This document shows positions 41,361-49,843 of a DNA stretch of 64,000 nucleotides, one piece after another; positions within the stretch are counted from its first letter, which is position 1, and each line of letters starts with the position of its first letter. The stretch is taken from the NCBI GenBank assembly GCA_963643165.1, contig CAVIJD010000008.1, positions 4,397 to 68,396 on the forward strand, read 5' to 3'. The notes below the pieces were generated by a model. That model was not told the DNA's origin, ran no database searches, and saw only the letters and a program-made list of their open reading frames with translations. A program made the position numbers and the translations under genes. The DNA is from a bacterium. Lineage in GTDB: Bacteria; Bacteroidota; Bacteroidia; Bacteroidales; WCHB1-69.

Positions 41361-42425
41361 ATGAACGAAGACATCACCAGACTCAATCAGGAGGAAGAGC
41401 AGGAGGAGTCGGGCGGCAAGGACTTGCTGTACGAGCATTTCCGTTTCACCGTAGATCCGGGCACCGAGTTGCTGCGCATCGACAAATACCTGTTCAACCT
41501 CATCCGCCACACCTCCCGCAACAAGATACAGCAAGCCTCCAAGGCCGGCTGCATCGTAGTGAACGGCAAGCCCGAGAAGCAGAACTACAAAGTACACCCC
41601 GGCGACGTCATCTCGGTGCTGATGCCCAATCCGCCCAGGGACACGGAGATAGTGCCCGAAGACATTCCCTTGGACATCACCTACGAGGACGACGACCTCA
41701 TCATCATCAACAAGAAAGCCGGCATGGTGGTACATCCCGCCTTCGGCAATTTCACGGGCACGATGGTCAACGCGCTCTACCACTACATGTTAGGCAAGCA
41801 GTTGCCTGACGGCTCGCCGATGCGCCCGCTTTTAGTACACCGCATCGACAAGAACACATCGGGGCTGTTGGTGGTGGCCAAAAACGAGCAAGCGCAGATG
41901 CGCTTGGCCAAGGTTTTCTTCAACCACGACCTCGAACGCCGCTACTGGGCTTTAGTTTGGGGCGACTTTGAAGAAGACGAAGGCACGATAGTGGGCAACG
42001 TGGGGCGCAACCCGAAAGACCGGATGGTGATGGCCGTATTTCCGGAGGGGAGCGACCAAGGCAAGCATGCCGTCACCCATTGGCGCGTGCTGGAACGGTT
42101 CGGCTACGTCACCCTCGTGGAGTGCCAACTTGAGACCGGGCGGACGCACCAGATCCGCGTACACATGCAGCACGTCGGGCATCCGCTGTTCAGCGACGAG
42201 TCGTACGGCGGCAACCGCATCCTGAAAGGCACCACCTTCACCAAATACCAGCAATTTGTGCGCAACTGCTTCGCGCTGATGCCGCGGCAGGCCCTGCATG
42301 CCAAGTCGTTAGGCTTCGCCCATCCCACCACGGGAGAGTTTGTGCGGTTTGAGTCGGAACTGCCGTCCGACTTCCAGTCGGTGCTGGAGAAGTGGCGCAA
42401 TTATGTCAAGGCAAACCGCGAGTAG
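41361..42425 (+). CDS. RluA family pseudouridine synthase
   Basis: LRIDKYLFNLIRHTSRNKIQQASKAGCIVVNG (S4); VHRIDKNTSGLLVVAKN; ETGRTHQIRVHMQHVGHPLFSDESYGG. Confidence 0.92.
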   Translation: MNEDITRLNQEEEQEESGGKDLLYEHFRFTVDPGTELLRIDKYLFNLIRHTSRNKIQQASKAGCIVVNGKPEKQNYKVHPGDVISVLMPNPPRDTEIVPEDIPLDITYEDDDLIIINKKAGMVVHPAFGNFTGTMVNALYHYMLGKQLPDGSPMRPLLVHRIDKNTSGLLVVAKNEQAQMRLAKVFFNHDLERRYWALVWGDFEEDEGTIVGNVGRNPKDRMVMAVFPEGSDQGKHAVTHWRVLERFGYVTLVECQLETGRTHQIRVHMQHVGHPLFSDESYGGNRILKGTTFTKYQQFVRNCFALMPRQALHAKSLGFAHPTTGEFVRFESELPSDFQSVLEKWRNYVKANRE

Positions 42426-42430
42426 GGCTT

Positions 42431-42646
42431 GCCTTGGCTTTCACGGCATCAACACATAACGCTGCGACGACACCAAACGGTTGAGGTTCATCTCGTCCTC
42501 GAGTGTCTTTCCGGAAATGGTCATTCTCCACGGCTACTGCACGAATGTTGAATGCAGTATGTTGAATGTTGAGCCTCTTCGAGGCTCTGTTTGGCTTGGG
42601 GCAAGACGCGCCCACGCACCATCGGTCCTCGAAGAGGGCCAACATC
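42431..42646 (+). repeat. Dispersed intergenic repeat, copy G (left side of RiPP-like locus)
   Basis: GCCTTGGCTTTCACGGC at 42431-42447; heptamers GAATGTTGAATGCAGTATGTTGAATGTTGAG at 42543-42573; palindrome GAGCCTCTTCGAGGCTC; TCCTCGAAGAGGGCCAACATC at 42626-42646. Confidence 0.75.
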
Positions 42647-42662
42647 ATCGTGTTAGTCGGGA

Positions 42663-42854
42663 ATCGCCGACTTCGCCAAGTACAGGCGGGAATTCTTCGA
42701 GAAATACATCGACCTTTCCAAAGGCCTGCCGACAGACGACACGCTGCGAGGCTTCTTCCGGGACCTGAACCCGAAGTCGTTCCGGGCCCGCTTTGCGGAA
42801 TGGGCATCCTCCATCGTGCATGACAGTGCGCATGGCAAGGTCGTCAAAGTGAAA
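42663..42854 (+). pseudogene. ISAs1-family (H-repeat-like) transposase N-terminal fragment
   Basis: Translation IADFAKYRREFFEKYIDLSKGLPTDDTLRGFFRDLNPKSFRARFAEWASSI matches the ISAs1 pattern (eiaeFgk...lpnGiPSHDTfgRvFarLdPeaFe.cFleWv). No start codon or downstream catalytic region. Confidence 0.6.
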
Positions 42855-42902
42855 CGCCCCAGCCGCAATCAGTTGACTCGTTCGTGCGGTAGCCCTGCGT
42901 CA

Positions 42903-43069
42903 TTCTCTTCACAGGAGAAATATTTATTGTCTTAAACACTATCTACCAATGTGTTATAAAAATTATAAATGTAAAAAAATGGCATATTTTATTTTTTATT
43001 ATTAAACATAGTCCAATGTCATATTTTTAGTTATCTTTGCACCGTTGTATATTTCTCCTGTGAAGAGAA
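42903..43069. repeat. 21-bp perfect inverted repeat pair flanking a 125-bp AT-rich segment
   Basis: TTCTCTTCACAGGAGAAATAT (42903-42923) and ATATTTCTCCTGTGAAGAGAA (43049-43069). Confidence 0.85.
43032..43039 (+). promoter_or_regulatory. Bacteroidetes -7 box inside the inverted-repeat segment, pointing to the RiPP-like locus
   Basis: TATCTTTG (TAnnTTTG), 9 bp before the right inverted-repeat arm. Confidence 0.45.
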
Positions 43070-43188
43070 ATATGCGGACAGAAAAAGTTAATTTATAAGA
43101 ATGCGATTAACTTTAAAACAATAAGAAAACAGAAAAAGCCGAATCGCTGGAAAGGAGGTAGGCATTAACCCATAAAACCATTAATGCT

Positions 43189-43308
43189 ATGAAGAATTAT
43201 TCAAAAGCAAAAATGATTGCAAAGAACCTCGCTACTGGCTCTTACGCTGCAGGTTGCCCTGAAAAAGGTCGTGGACTTGATTGCCTCAATTGCGAGCGTA
43301 CAAGGTAA
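43189..43308 (+). CDS. Putative RiPP precursor peptide (39 aa, three Cys)
   Basis: MKNYSKAKMIAKNLATGSYAAGCPEKGRGLDCLNCERTR*. Lies immediately upstream of an RRE-radical SAM-SPASM gene; absent from the ORF track because of its size. Confidence 0.7.
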   Translation: MKNYSKAKMIAKNLATGSYAAGCPEKGRGLDCLNCERTR

Positions 43309-43324
43309 TCTTTGCAAGCAATTC

Positions 43325-43368
43325 GGAAGGAGTCTCCTTAAGAAATGGGAGATTCCTTCCTTTCCTTT
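43325..43368 (+). terminator. Attenuator-like hairpin between precursor and maturase
   Basis: GGAAGGAGTCTCC (43325-43337) pairs with GGAGATTCCTTCC (43348-43360), 12 Watson-Crick pairs plus one G-U, followed by TTTCCTTTT. Confidence 0.6.
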
Positions 43369-43391
43369 TAAAACTCAAAACAAAAAAATAT

Positions 43392-44855
43392 ATGTTGATA
43401 AGACAAAGCAAGAACACATTCATAAGAGTGACAGAAAGGTATGGGTACATTACCAATCAGATGACCCGTCATGATAGGACATACGATGAAAATGGCGCTG
43501 ATTGGTTGAAAGAGATTAGCCGAGAACCGCAAACTATAGATGATATAATTGGTCGCCTTCAAAAAAATTATTGCGATGTAGATGCAGAAACGCTCAAGGC
43601 AGATTTTATGGAGTTTGCTGAGAGTTTGGCAAGAGATAAGTTCATTGTTATGGCTGAAACAGTTGAAGAACTTGATGCCAAGGACGATGATTTTACCTAC
43701 GCTATAGATAATCCTAAAACTCTGCGAGACGATTTTTATCAAGTAACGGAAGAGAAGGTGAGTGAGAACACCCAAGATTTCTTTTTGGAAGAAGTTCAAG
43801 GACGCCCATTGATTTCCAGTCTTCAATTCGAGTTGTCAAGCCGATGCAACGAACGGTGCATTCACTGCTATATTCCCAACGATAAGAAAAACCACGGCTT
43901 TGATATGCCTGCGGAAAAAGTCAAAAGCATACTCGACGAATTTGCGCAGATGGGAGGCATACATGTTACACTGTCGGGAGGAGAGGCATTTTTGCACAAG
44001 AATCTGATTGAGATAGTGAATTACTGCAGGGAAAAAGATCTCAAAATCAGTATCCTTTCAAATCTAATATCGCTAAAGGACGAACAAATCCCAGCTCTTA
44101 AAGCTGCCAATTTATCTTTGATTCAGGTCTCGCTTTACTCTATGGATCCAGAGATTCACGACTTTATCACCACGGTGAAAGGCTCGTGGCAAAAAACAAA
44201 AGATGCGATTGAAAAACTTGTTGCCGCAGATATCCCTGTACAAATTAGTTGCCCTATAATGAAGGCCAACAAAAAAGGTTATGACAAGGTGTTAGACTAT
44301 GCTAAATCATTGAAAATAAAGGCGCAGACCGACTATATAATGATGGCTCGTTCTGATCTTGACACAGAGAATCTTGCCAATCGTCTGTCGCTTGAGGAGA
44401 CGGAAGAGTTGCTGCGCACATTGATAGAACACGACATCAATTACAAGGAGGAAACTTTACAGCAACTACCTATATCTGATCAAATCAAGTTTGATCTTGA
44501 ACGTTTCAAAAAGCAACCTGTATGTGGTGTAGGATATGATAACTGTTGCATTACTACAAATGGCGATGTCTATCCGTGTGCAGGCTGGCAGGATTATGTG
44601 CTTGGCAATGTTTACAAGCAATCATTAAAGGAGATATGGGAAAACAGCGAACGAGTAAAAGAACTTCGTAAAATAACCCAGGCCTCATTCCCACAATGTC
44701 TTGAATGTGAGGCAAGGGACTATTGCGCTCGTTGTCTTGTCCGTAATTATAACGAAAGCGGAGGCGATATGTTTGCTGTGAACCATCATTTTTGCGATGT
44801 GGCATTTTTGAACAAAAAGATTGTTGAAGAATACAAAGAGAAAGGATTGTTATAA
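43392..44855 (+). CDS. Radical SAM/SPASM peptide maturase with N-terminal PqqD-like RRE
   Basis: Likely start MLIRQSKNTFIRVTERYGYITNQMTRHDRTYDENGADWLKEI (43392). RRE-like N-terminus; radical SAM CNERCIHCY; SPASM Cys set CGVGYDNCCITTNGDVYPCAGW...CLECEARDYCARC. Confidence 0.88.
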   Translation: MLIRQSKNTFIRVTERYGYITNQMTRHDRTYDENGADWLKEISREPQTIDDIIGRLQKNYCDVDAETLKADFMEFAESLARDKFIVMAETVEELDAKDDDFTYAIDNPKTLRDDFYQVTEEKVSENTQDFFLEEVQGRPLISSLQFELSSRCNERCIHCYIPNDKKNHGFDMPAEKVKSILDEFAQMGGIHVTLSGGEAFLHKNLIEIVNYCREKDLKISILSNLISLKDEQIPALKAANLSLIQVSLYSMDPEIHDFITTVKGSWQKTKDAIEKLVAADIPVQISCPIMKANKKGYDKVLDYAKSLKIKAQTDYIMMARSDLDTENLANRLSLEETEELLRTLIEHDINYKEETLQQLPISDQIKFDLERFKKQPVCGVGYDNCCITTNGDVYPCAGWQDYVLGNVYKQSLKEIWENSERVKELRKITQASFPQCLECEARDYCARCLVRNYNESGGDMFAVNHHFCDVAFLNKKIVEEYKEKGLL

Positions 44856-45148
44856 TGGGTGCTGATGACATAAAGGACTTATTGGAACTGATTATCTGTG
44901 TGTTGGGCGTAGTTATACCACTGTTTTTTTTGATTAAAGAACGCTACGATAAGAAAAGACGCAAATTAGCTCAGCAGGTAATAGCGTATCATTGCTTGCA
45001 AGAGGAGGCCGTAGAATGGATAAAGGCACTTGCACCCACAGAAAAAAAAGTAAAAGAACAACTGCGTGAACGCGCCTCTAAGCATAAAGATAATGTAGCG
45101 CAAATATATCCTAAAATGGCAACAAAAGAGGCTTCAAAATATCTGTAA
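44855..45148 (+). CDS. Small single-TM protein of the RiPP-like operon
   Basis: 97 aa; TM LLELIICVLGVVIPLFFLI. TAATG coupling to the maturase and to the next gene. Confidence 0.65.
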   Translation: MGADDIKDLLELIICVLGVVIPLFFLIKERYDKKRRKLAQQVIAYHCLQEEAVEWIKALAPTEKKVKEQLRERASKHKDNVAQIYPKMATKEASKYL

Positions 45149-45921
45149 TGCTAATTGATTCGCATATTCATGTGGGGCAGTTCAGAGAACAATATTTTGC
45201 TCCGTCAACTATTCATCGGTTGGTAGAGCAATTAGGGATAGATTATTATGCAGTCTCTTCAACCACCATGTGCGAAGAAGACTATCCGAAAGTTATAGAA
45301 GAAATCCAACAACTTGTTGAAATAGATGGGGAAAAAGTGCTCCCAGTAATGTGGATTACACCGGCAGGATTGGAAGGAAACATCGCTTGGTTTTTGGAAT
45401 CGAGTATCAAATGGAGGTGTTTGAAAGTTCATCCGCTCCTTCATCCTAATGATTGGTGTCCGGAAGGGGGACAATTTCGAGATGTTGTGGATATAGCAAG
45501 AGCGTTACATCTGCCATTGCTTATACATACTGGAAATGATGTAATTTGTCATTGTGGCAAGTATGAACCGTTAGTCGCGAACAATCCAGATGTGGTTTTC
45601 ATACTTGCTCATGGCAGACCATTGACGCAGATTGTTCCTTTGCTTCGCAATTATTCTAATGCGTATGCAGATTCGGCTTTCATGCAAGTGGCAGATATGT
45701 CACAATTGATGCAATATGGACTATCTCACAAATTGTTATGGGGAACAGACATGTGCATTCCGAAGTATTATTATCCCCAAAAGGATATGCAAGTATACTA
45801 TCAAAGGAAATTGGACGCTTTTAAAAAAGTTAGTTCAACGGAACAATATGAACAAGTAACATTCCATAATGCAATGAAATTGTGGAGTCTTGAATGTATC
45901 TTAAAAGGCTTAACGAAATAA
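45148..45921 (+). CDS. Amidohydrolase family (TatD/amidohydrolase-2-like) metal-dependent hydrolase
   Basis: MLIDSHIHVGQF; HPLLHPNDW; LPLLIHTGND; VFILAHGRP; LLWGTDMCIP. Confidence 0.82.
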   Translation: MLIDSHIHVGQFREQYFAPSTIHRLVEQLGIDYYAVSSTTMCEEDYPKVIEEIQQLVEIDGEKVLPVMWITPAGLEGNIAWFLESSIKWRCLKVHPLLHPNDWCPEGGQFRDVVDIARALHLPLLIHTGNDVICHCGKYEPLVANNPDVVFILAHGRPLTQIVPLLRNYSNAYADSAFMQVADMSQLMQYGLSHKLLWGTDMCIPKYYYPQKDMQVYYQRKLDAFKKVSSTEQYEQVTFHNAMKLWSLECILKGLTK

Positions 45922-45941
45922 GTAATGTGTCTTGTGATGAT

Positions 45942-46109
45942 ATGATTGTAGAAATGGCACATATCAATAATAAAGACAAAGACACAAGTCCTTCCAATCC
46001 AAGTGTTTATAATGTTGATGTCAGGAATGATGAGGGAGATACTCGACCTCCTCATATACATGTTGCCCATAAAACCGAACAATGGGGGTCTTGGTCTTCG
46101 TTAAACGAC
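45942..46109 (+). pseudogene. Possible short DUF4160-like remnant
   Basis: NPSVYNVDVRNDEGDTRPPHIHVAHKTEQWG recalls the DUF4160 'H/PPHfHV' signature. The frame then runs into repeat sequence. Confidence 0.2.
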
Positions 46110-46148
46110 CTTGCGTGTCTTCCACCGGTCAGCCCCGAGTCAAACAGA

Positions 46149-46250
46149 TCCTCGAAGAGGGCCAACATCGTGGAAAGAGAGAAAGAACAACACGCGTAAC
46201 GCCTCTACATTCTAAATTCACTTTTGTGCGGTAGCCTTGGCTTTCACGGC
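46149..46250 (+). repeat. Dispersed intergenic repeat, copy D (right side of RiPP-like locus)
   Basis: TCCTCGAAGAGGGCCAACATC 46149-46169; ACGCGTAACGCCTCTACATTCTAAATTCAC near 46191-46221; GCCTTGGCTTTCACGGC 46234-46250. Confidence 0.75.
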
Positions 46251-47176
46251 TAAGCTTCGCGGAGGATGTTCTGCACGACAATATCGATACGTTCATCGAA
46301 AGCCTCGCGCGTGGCATAGCCCACATGGGGCACCACGATGCAGTTGGGGGCTTTCAGCAACGGGTGTTCGGCAGGCAGCGGCGGTTCTTTCTCAAAGACA
46401 TCGATGCCGGCACCGGCAAGGCGGCCGGCCTCCAACGCTTCAGCCAGGGCATCCATATCCACCACATTGCCACGGGCCGTATTGACCAATATGGCCGACG
46501 GTTTGCACAAGCCCAGCAGGTCTTTGCTAATCAGATGATGGGTTTCGGACGTCAAAGGGACATGCAGCGAGATGATGTCGCTGTCACGCATCAGTTCCTC
46601 AAGGGGCACATACGTCACCCCCAAAGCCTTGGCCTCCGCCTTCTCGGTACGGCTCCAGGCCACCACACGGCAACCGAAATGGAGCAGCAGTTCGGCGGTG
46701 CGAAGCCCAATTGCGCCCGTGCCCACAATGCCTACCTGCTTGCCACGAAGTTCGCGCCCCAGAAAGTTGTTGCGGGTGCCGCCGCCACGGAGCGAAGCGT
46801 CTAACACCGTAATGCGGCGGTAAAGGTCAAGCATCAGGCCTATAGCCAGTTCCGCCACACCCTCGGTGGCATAGCCGGCTGCATTCACCACCTGAATGCC
46901 ATGCGCCTTGCAATAGTCCAAATCGATGTGGTCGAGACCCGTAAAGGCCACGTCCAGCATTTTGAGATGCGGACACTGCGACAAAACGGCAGCACTGACT
47001 TTAATATTGGAGACTATCACAATTTCAGCCTCCTTCATCCTTTCAACAAGGGTGCTTTCGTCCTCTTTTCTGTCACGGTAACAGCAAAAATCGTGACCAT
47101 ATTTGGCAAACTCAGCCTTTAATGCTTCGGCTTTTTCTTCACTGATGCCTATCGGCTCAACAGAAACTATCTTCAT
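46250..47176 (-). CDS. D-2-hydroxyacid dehydrogenase (NAD-binding)
   Basis: GKQVGIVGTGAIGLRTAELLLHFG; SLHVPLTSETHHLI; LVNTARGNVVDMDAL; AGIDVFEKEPPLP. Confidence 0.9.
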   Translation of the reverse strand: MKIVSVEPIGISEEKAEALKAEFAKYGHDFCCYRDRKEDESTLVERMKEAEIVIVSNIKVSAAVLSQCPHLKMLDVAFTGLDHIDLDYCKAHGIQVVNAAGYATEGVAELAIGLMLDLYRRITVLDASLRGGGTRNNFLGRELRGKQVGIVGTGAIGLRTAELLLHFGCRVVAWSRTEKAEAKALGVTYVPLEELMRDSDIISLHVPLTSETHHLISKDLLGLCKPSAILVNTARGNVVDMDALAEALEAGRLAGAGIDVFEKEPPLPAEHPLLKAPNCIVVPHVGYATREAFDERIDIVVQNILREA

Positions 47177-47214
47177 ATACTGACTATATTATAATATTGT
47201 ATAATGCCCTGGGC

Positions 47215-48084
47215 TTATCTCACTTTCACCTTTTCCACCTGAAGAACCTTGCGGTTCTGTTTGTCATAAAGGATGGCCACCACATAGCAGTTGTCCACAT
47301 TCCAGTCTTTGCCCTCAAAGCTGACTTTTGCGGCTTTGTAATAGGCGTGCCCTTTTTGCAGAACGCCATCATCTGTAAGCAGGTCGCCCCACGTGCCGTT
47401 GATGCCCGTGCGCAGCACATGGTTGTGAACATAGTCCTGCACCGTGTCGGAGTCATAGAGTTGGGGTTGAACGATATTGTCTTCAATCAGCAGCAGAGAG
47501 AGTTGCACGGGGTCGGGATAATCGGCCAGCATCGTCACCTTGGCAGTAGTCTTGAGTTCGTCCGAAAACTGGTTCACCAGTTGAACGGCGGCATAGACCG
47601 TGCGGTCGGTCTCTTTGACCAATTTTTCCCATTCCATAATGGCTGCGCCGCCGTTGTCGTCATTGCGGTCGATGACGGCAGAGGGGATGCTTTGTATATT
47701 GTAAGTTGTGCCCAAAGCATTGCCGATTTCCGTGCGGAAGTCGTACGGGAAGCCATTGTTGGGTTTAGGGTTAGCCAAGGTGGTGTAATGGACGCCCACT
47801 GCCACCAGCGTATCGCCAAAGATGCCGTGGAGCCGTTCCAGTTCCTGGTGGCCACGGGGGCAGTTGGTACAGCGGTGTCCTGTATATTCCTCAATCAAGA
47901 CCTTGCGGTAAACCGTTGCGGGGTCAACCGGGAGGAGGTCAAAAAGCGTGGTGTCATACGCTGTATGTTGCGGCACGGTGAGGTATGGGCCCTCAATGCG
48001 GTCGCAGGATGTGCCCATGACAGCGGCAAAGAGTGCCAGCACCATTATTTTATTCACTTTATTCATAAATACTTGTTTATTCAT
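47215..48084 (-). CDS. Omp28-related outer membrane lipoprotein
   Basis: Lipobox VMGTSC; VLIEEYTGHRCTNCPRGHQELERLH; 289 aa. Confidence 0.8.
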   Translation of the reverse strand: MNKQVFMNKVNKIMVLALFAAVMGTSCDRIEGPYLTVPQHTAYDTTLFDLLPVDPATVYRKVLIEEYTGHRCTNCPRGHQELERLHGIFGDTLVAVGVHYTTLANPKPNNGFPYDFRTEIGNALGTTYNIQSIPSAVIDRNDDNGGAAIMEWEKLVKETDRTVYAAVQLVNQFSDELKTTAKVTMLADYPDPVQLSLLLIEDNIVQPQLYDSDTVQDYVHNHVLRTGINGTWGDLLTDDGVLQKGHAYYKAAKVSFEGKDWNVDNCYVVAILYDKQNRKVLQVEKVKVR

Positions 48085-48090
48085 TAGACA

Positions 48091-49821
48091 TTAAAACGAT
48101 GTGGTGACAGAAAGGCCCAAGCCGTAGGAGGCGGGCACGGTACGGCACACGCCGCCGATGCAAAGGATGCCCTCCTGGGTTTTGCCGAAGTTAAGCGAGA
48201 TGCGCGTAGTGTTCCAAACGAAAGTGCCGGCGATGTTGTAATAATGGATCCTTTGTTCTTTCACCTTGTTGCCGTAGTTCCACTGGTCGCCTACAGACAC
48301 GAACCATTTGGGACTGATAGAGTATTCAAGCATGCCGTAGATCCAACTGCCCTTGTCGTCCTTGGTATAGAGGTGTTGGGCTTCGAGGCGGAGTGCGTGT
48401 ACGGGGGTCACCTTCCACTGCAGGTCGGCGGCCACCAGATGCCCGCGCATAATGCCCTCGTGTCCTTGCAATATTTCCATATTGTAAGTAATATAATTGT
48501 AAGCGAGAATGAGTTTCCACTGCTTGGTGAGGCGGCGGCTGATTTCAAAGCCGACGTCCTGATAGAGCAAATCGGGACCGAACTTGAAGAAACTGGAGGT
48601 ATAGCCGTCGGTGCCGCCGGTATTGCCGTTGAGGACTGCCTCGTCGGTAAGTTGCTTGTCGATATTATGGAAGCGAGAGTAATTGAAAGTCAAGTCGGTG
48701 CCGTACTTGCCACCAATTTTGGTTTTCTTGGGTATTCTGTAGTTCACCTGCAGTTGTGCGCCGATCTGGCTGTTAGGTTGCGAGGCGAAGCTGTAATTGC
48801 CGATCAGCTGGTAGGAGTATTGCCGGTTGATGGCGGGGATGTTGTTGATCATAAGGGTTGACGTGGTCGGGCTGGTCATACGTTGGGAGCGGAAATCCAT
48901 ATTGTCGGCGCGGATGAACGAGGCTGCAATGCCGAGTCCTTTCATCGCGTAGGTTGCCGACAGGAAAAGGGCGTTGCCTTTCCGATAGACGAATCCGTTA
49001 GAGTAATTGGGGTCTTGGCTCTTGGCCGCGTATTCGCCATCGAGTCTGAAGCCCTTGTATCCGAAGCTCAGTCGTGTAGCCCAGGTGGCCACATTTTTCG
49101 GAATCTTGTCCATAGTAATCTGGGCGGAAGAAGCGCTGTCCGTGCCGGGATAGACGGAAACGTAGATCGGGTCATCTACCTGTTCGTACTTGCTCACGAA
49201 AGAGGCGCCGGCATTGAGCATAAAGCCCTTTTCAGACAGTTTAGGGAAAAGTTCGCCGAACATCAGCTCGCCGTCGAGACCGCGCACCTGGTCGTTGCGG
49301 CCGCTATATGATTGAAAGTTGAGACGTTGCAAGCCATACACGCCTTTAAGGACAATACCCTTGTAGGGAGTAACCTTCACGCGGCCGCCCAGCAGACTGT
49401 TGTCGATGCCCAACTGCCGGTCTTCGTAGGCTCTGAGGGCCAGACCGTTGCCGAACTGCTCATAAAAGGTACCGGCGGTCACTTGGATGAAATCATTGCG
49501 GTAGTCTGCGAAGAAGTACTTGATGCCCTGCCCTTGGTAGCCGATCTTCTCAAAGTCGAGGAGCGGGAACTGGTAGAACTCGTAGCGCATGCCGGCAGAG
49601 AAGCCGCCGTTGAAATAGAGCAGGTTGAGGAAGGCGTTGGCGCGGACTTTGGAGTCCACCTTCTCGGCACCGATGAGGGAGTCGGGGATATAATACATGC
49701 CGTTGAAACCGAAGTCGCCGCTGATGCGACCGCTGCCGATCTGATGCTGAGCAAACGTAGAGCCGGCAAGAACTGTCAGGAGCAGGGCTGCCGACAGTTT
49801 AAGGAGTAGATGTCTTTTCAT
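48091..49821 (-). CDS. Outer-membrane beta-barrel-like protein (DUF6029-like)
   Basis: Signal peptide MKRHLLLKLSAALLLTVLAGSTFAQ; many alternating beta-strand segments; terminal Phe (SVTTSF). Confidence 0.65.
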   Translation of the reverse strand: MKRHLLLKLSAALLLTVLAGSTFAQHQIGSGRISGDFGFNGMYYIPDSLIGAEKVDSKVRANAFLNLLYFNGGFSAGMRYEFYQFPLLDFEKIGYQGQGIKYFFADYRNDFIQVTAGTFYEQFGNGLALRAYEDRQLGIDNSLLGGRVKVTPYKGIVLKGVYGLQRLNFQSYSGRNDQVRGLDGELMFGELFPKLSEKGFMLNAGASFVSKYEQVDDPIYVSVYPGTDSASSAQITMDKIPKNVATWATRLSFGYKGFRLDGEYAAKSQDPNYSNGFVYRKGNALFLSATYAMKGLGIAASFIRADNMDFRSQRMTSPTTSTLMINNIPAINRQYSYQLIGNYSFASQPNSQIGAQLQVNYRIPKKTKIGGKYGTDLTFNYSRFHNIDKQLTDEAVLNGNTGGTDGYTSSFFKFGPDLLYQDVGFEISRRLTKQWKLILAYNYITYNMEILQGHEGIMRGHLVAADLQWKVTPVHALRLEAQHLYTKDDKGSWIYGMLEYSISPKWFVSVGDQWNYGNKVKEQRIHYYNIAGTFVWNTTRISLNFGKTQEGILCIGGVCRTVPASYGLGLSVTTSF

Positions 49822-49843
49822 ATATTGCAATTATACGAACCTA

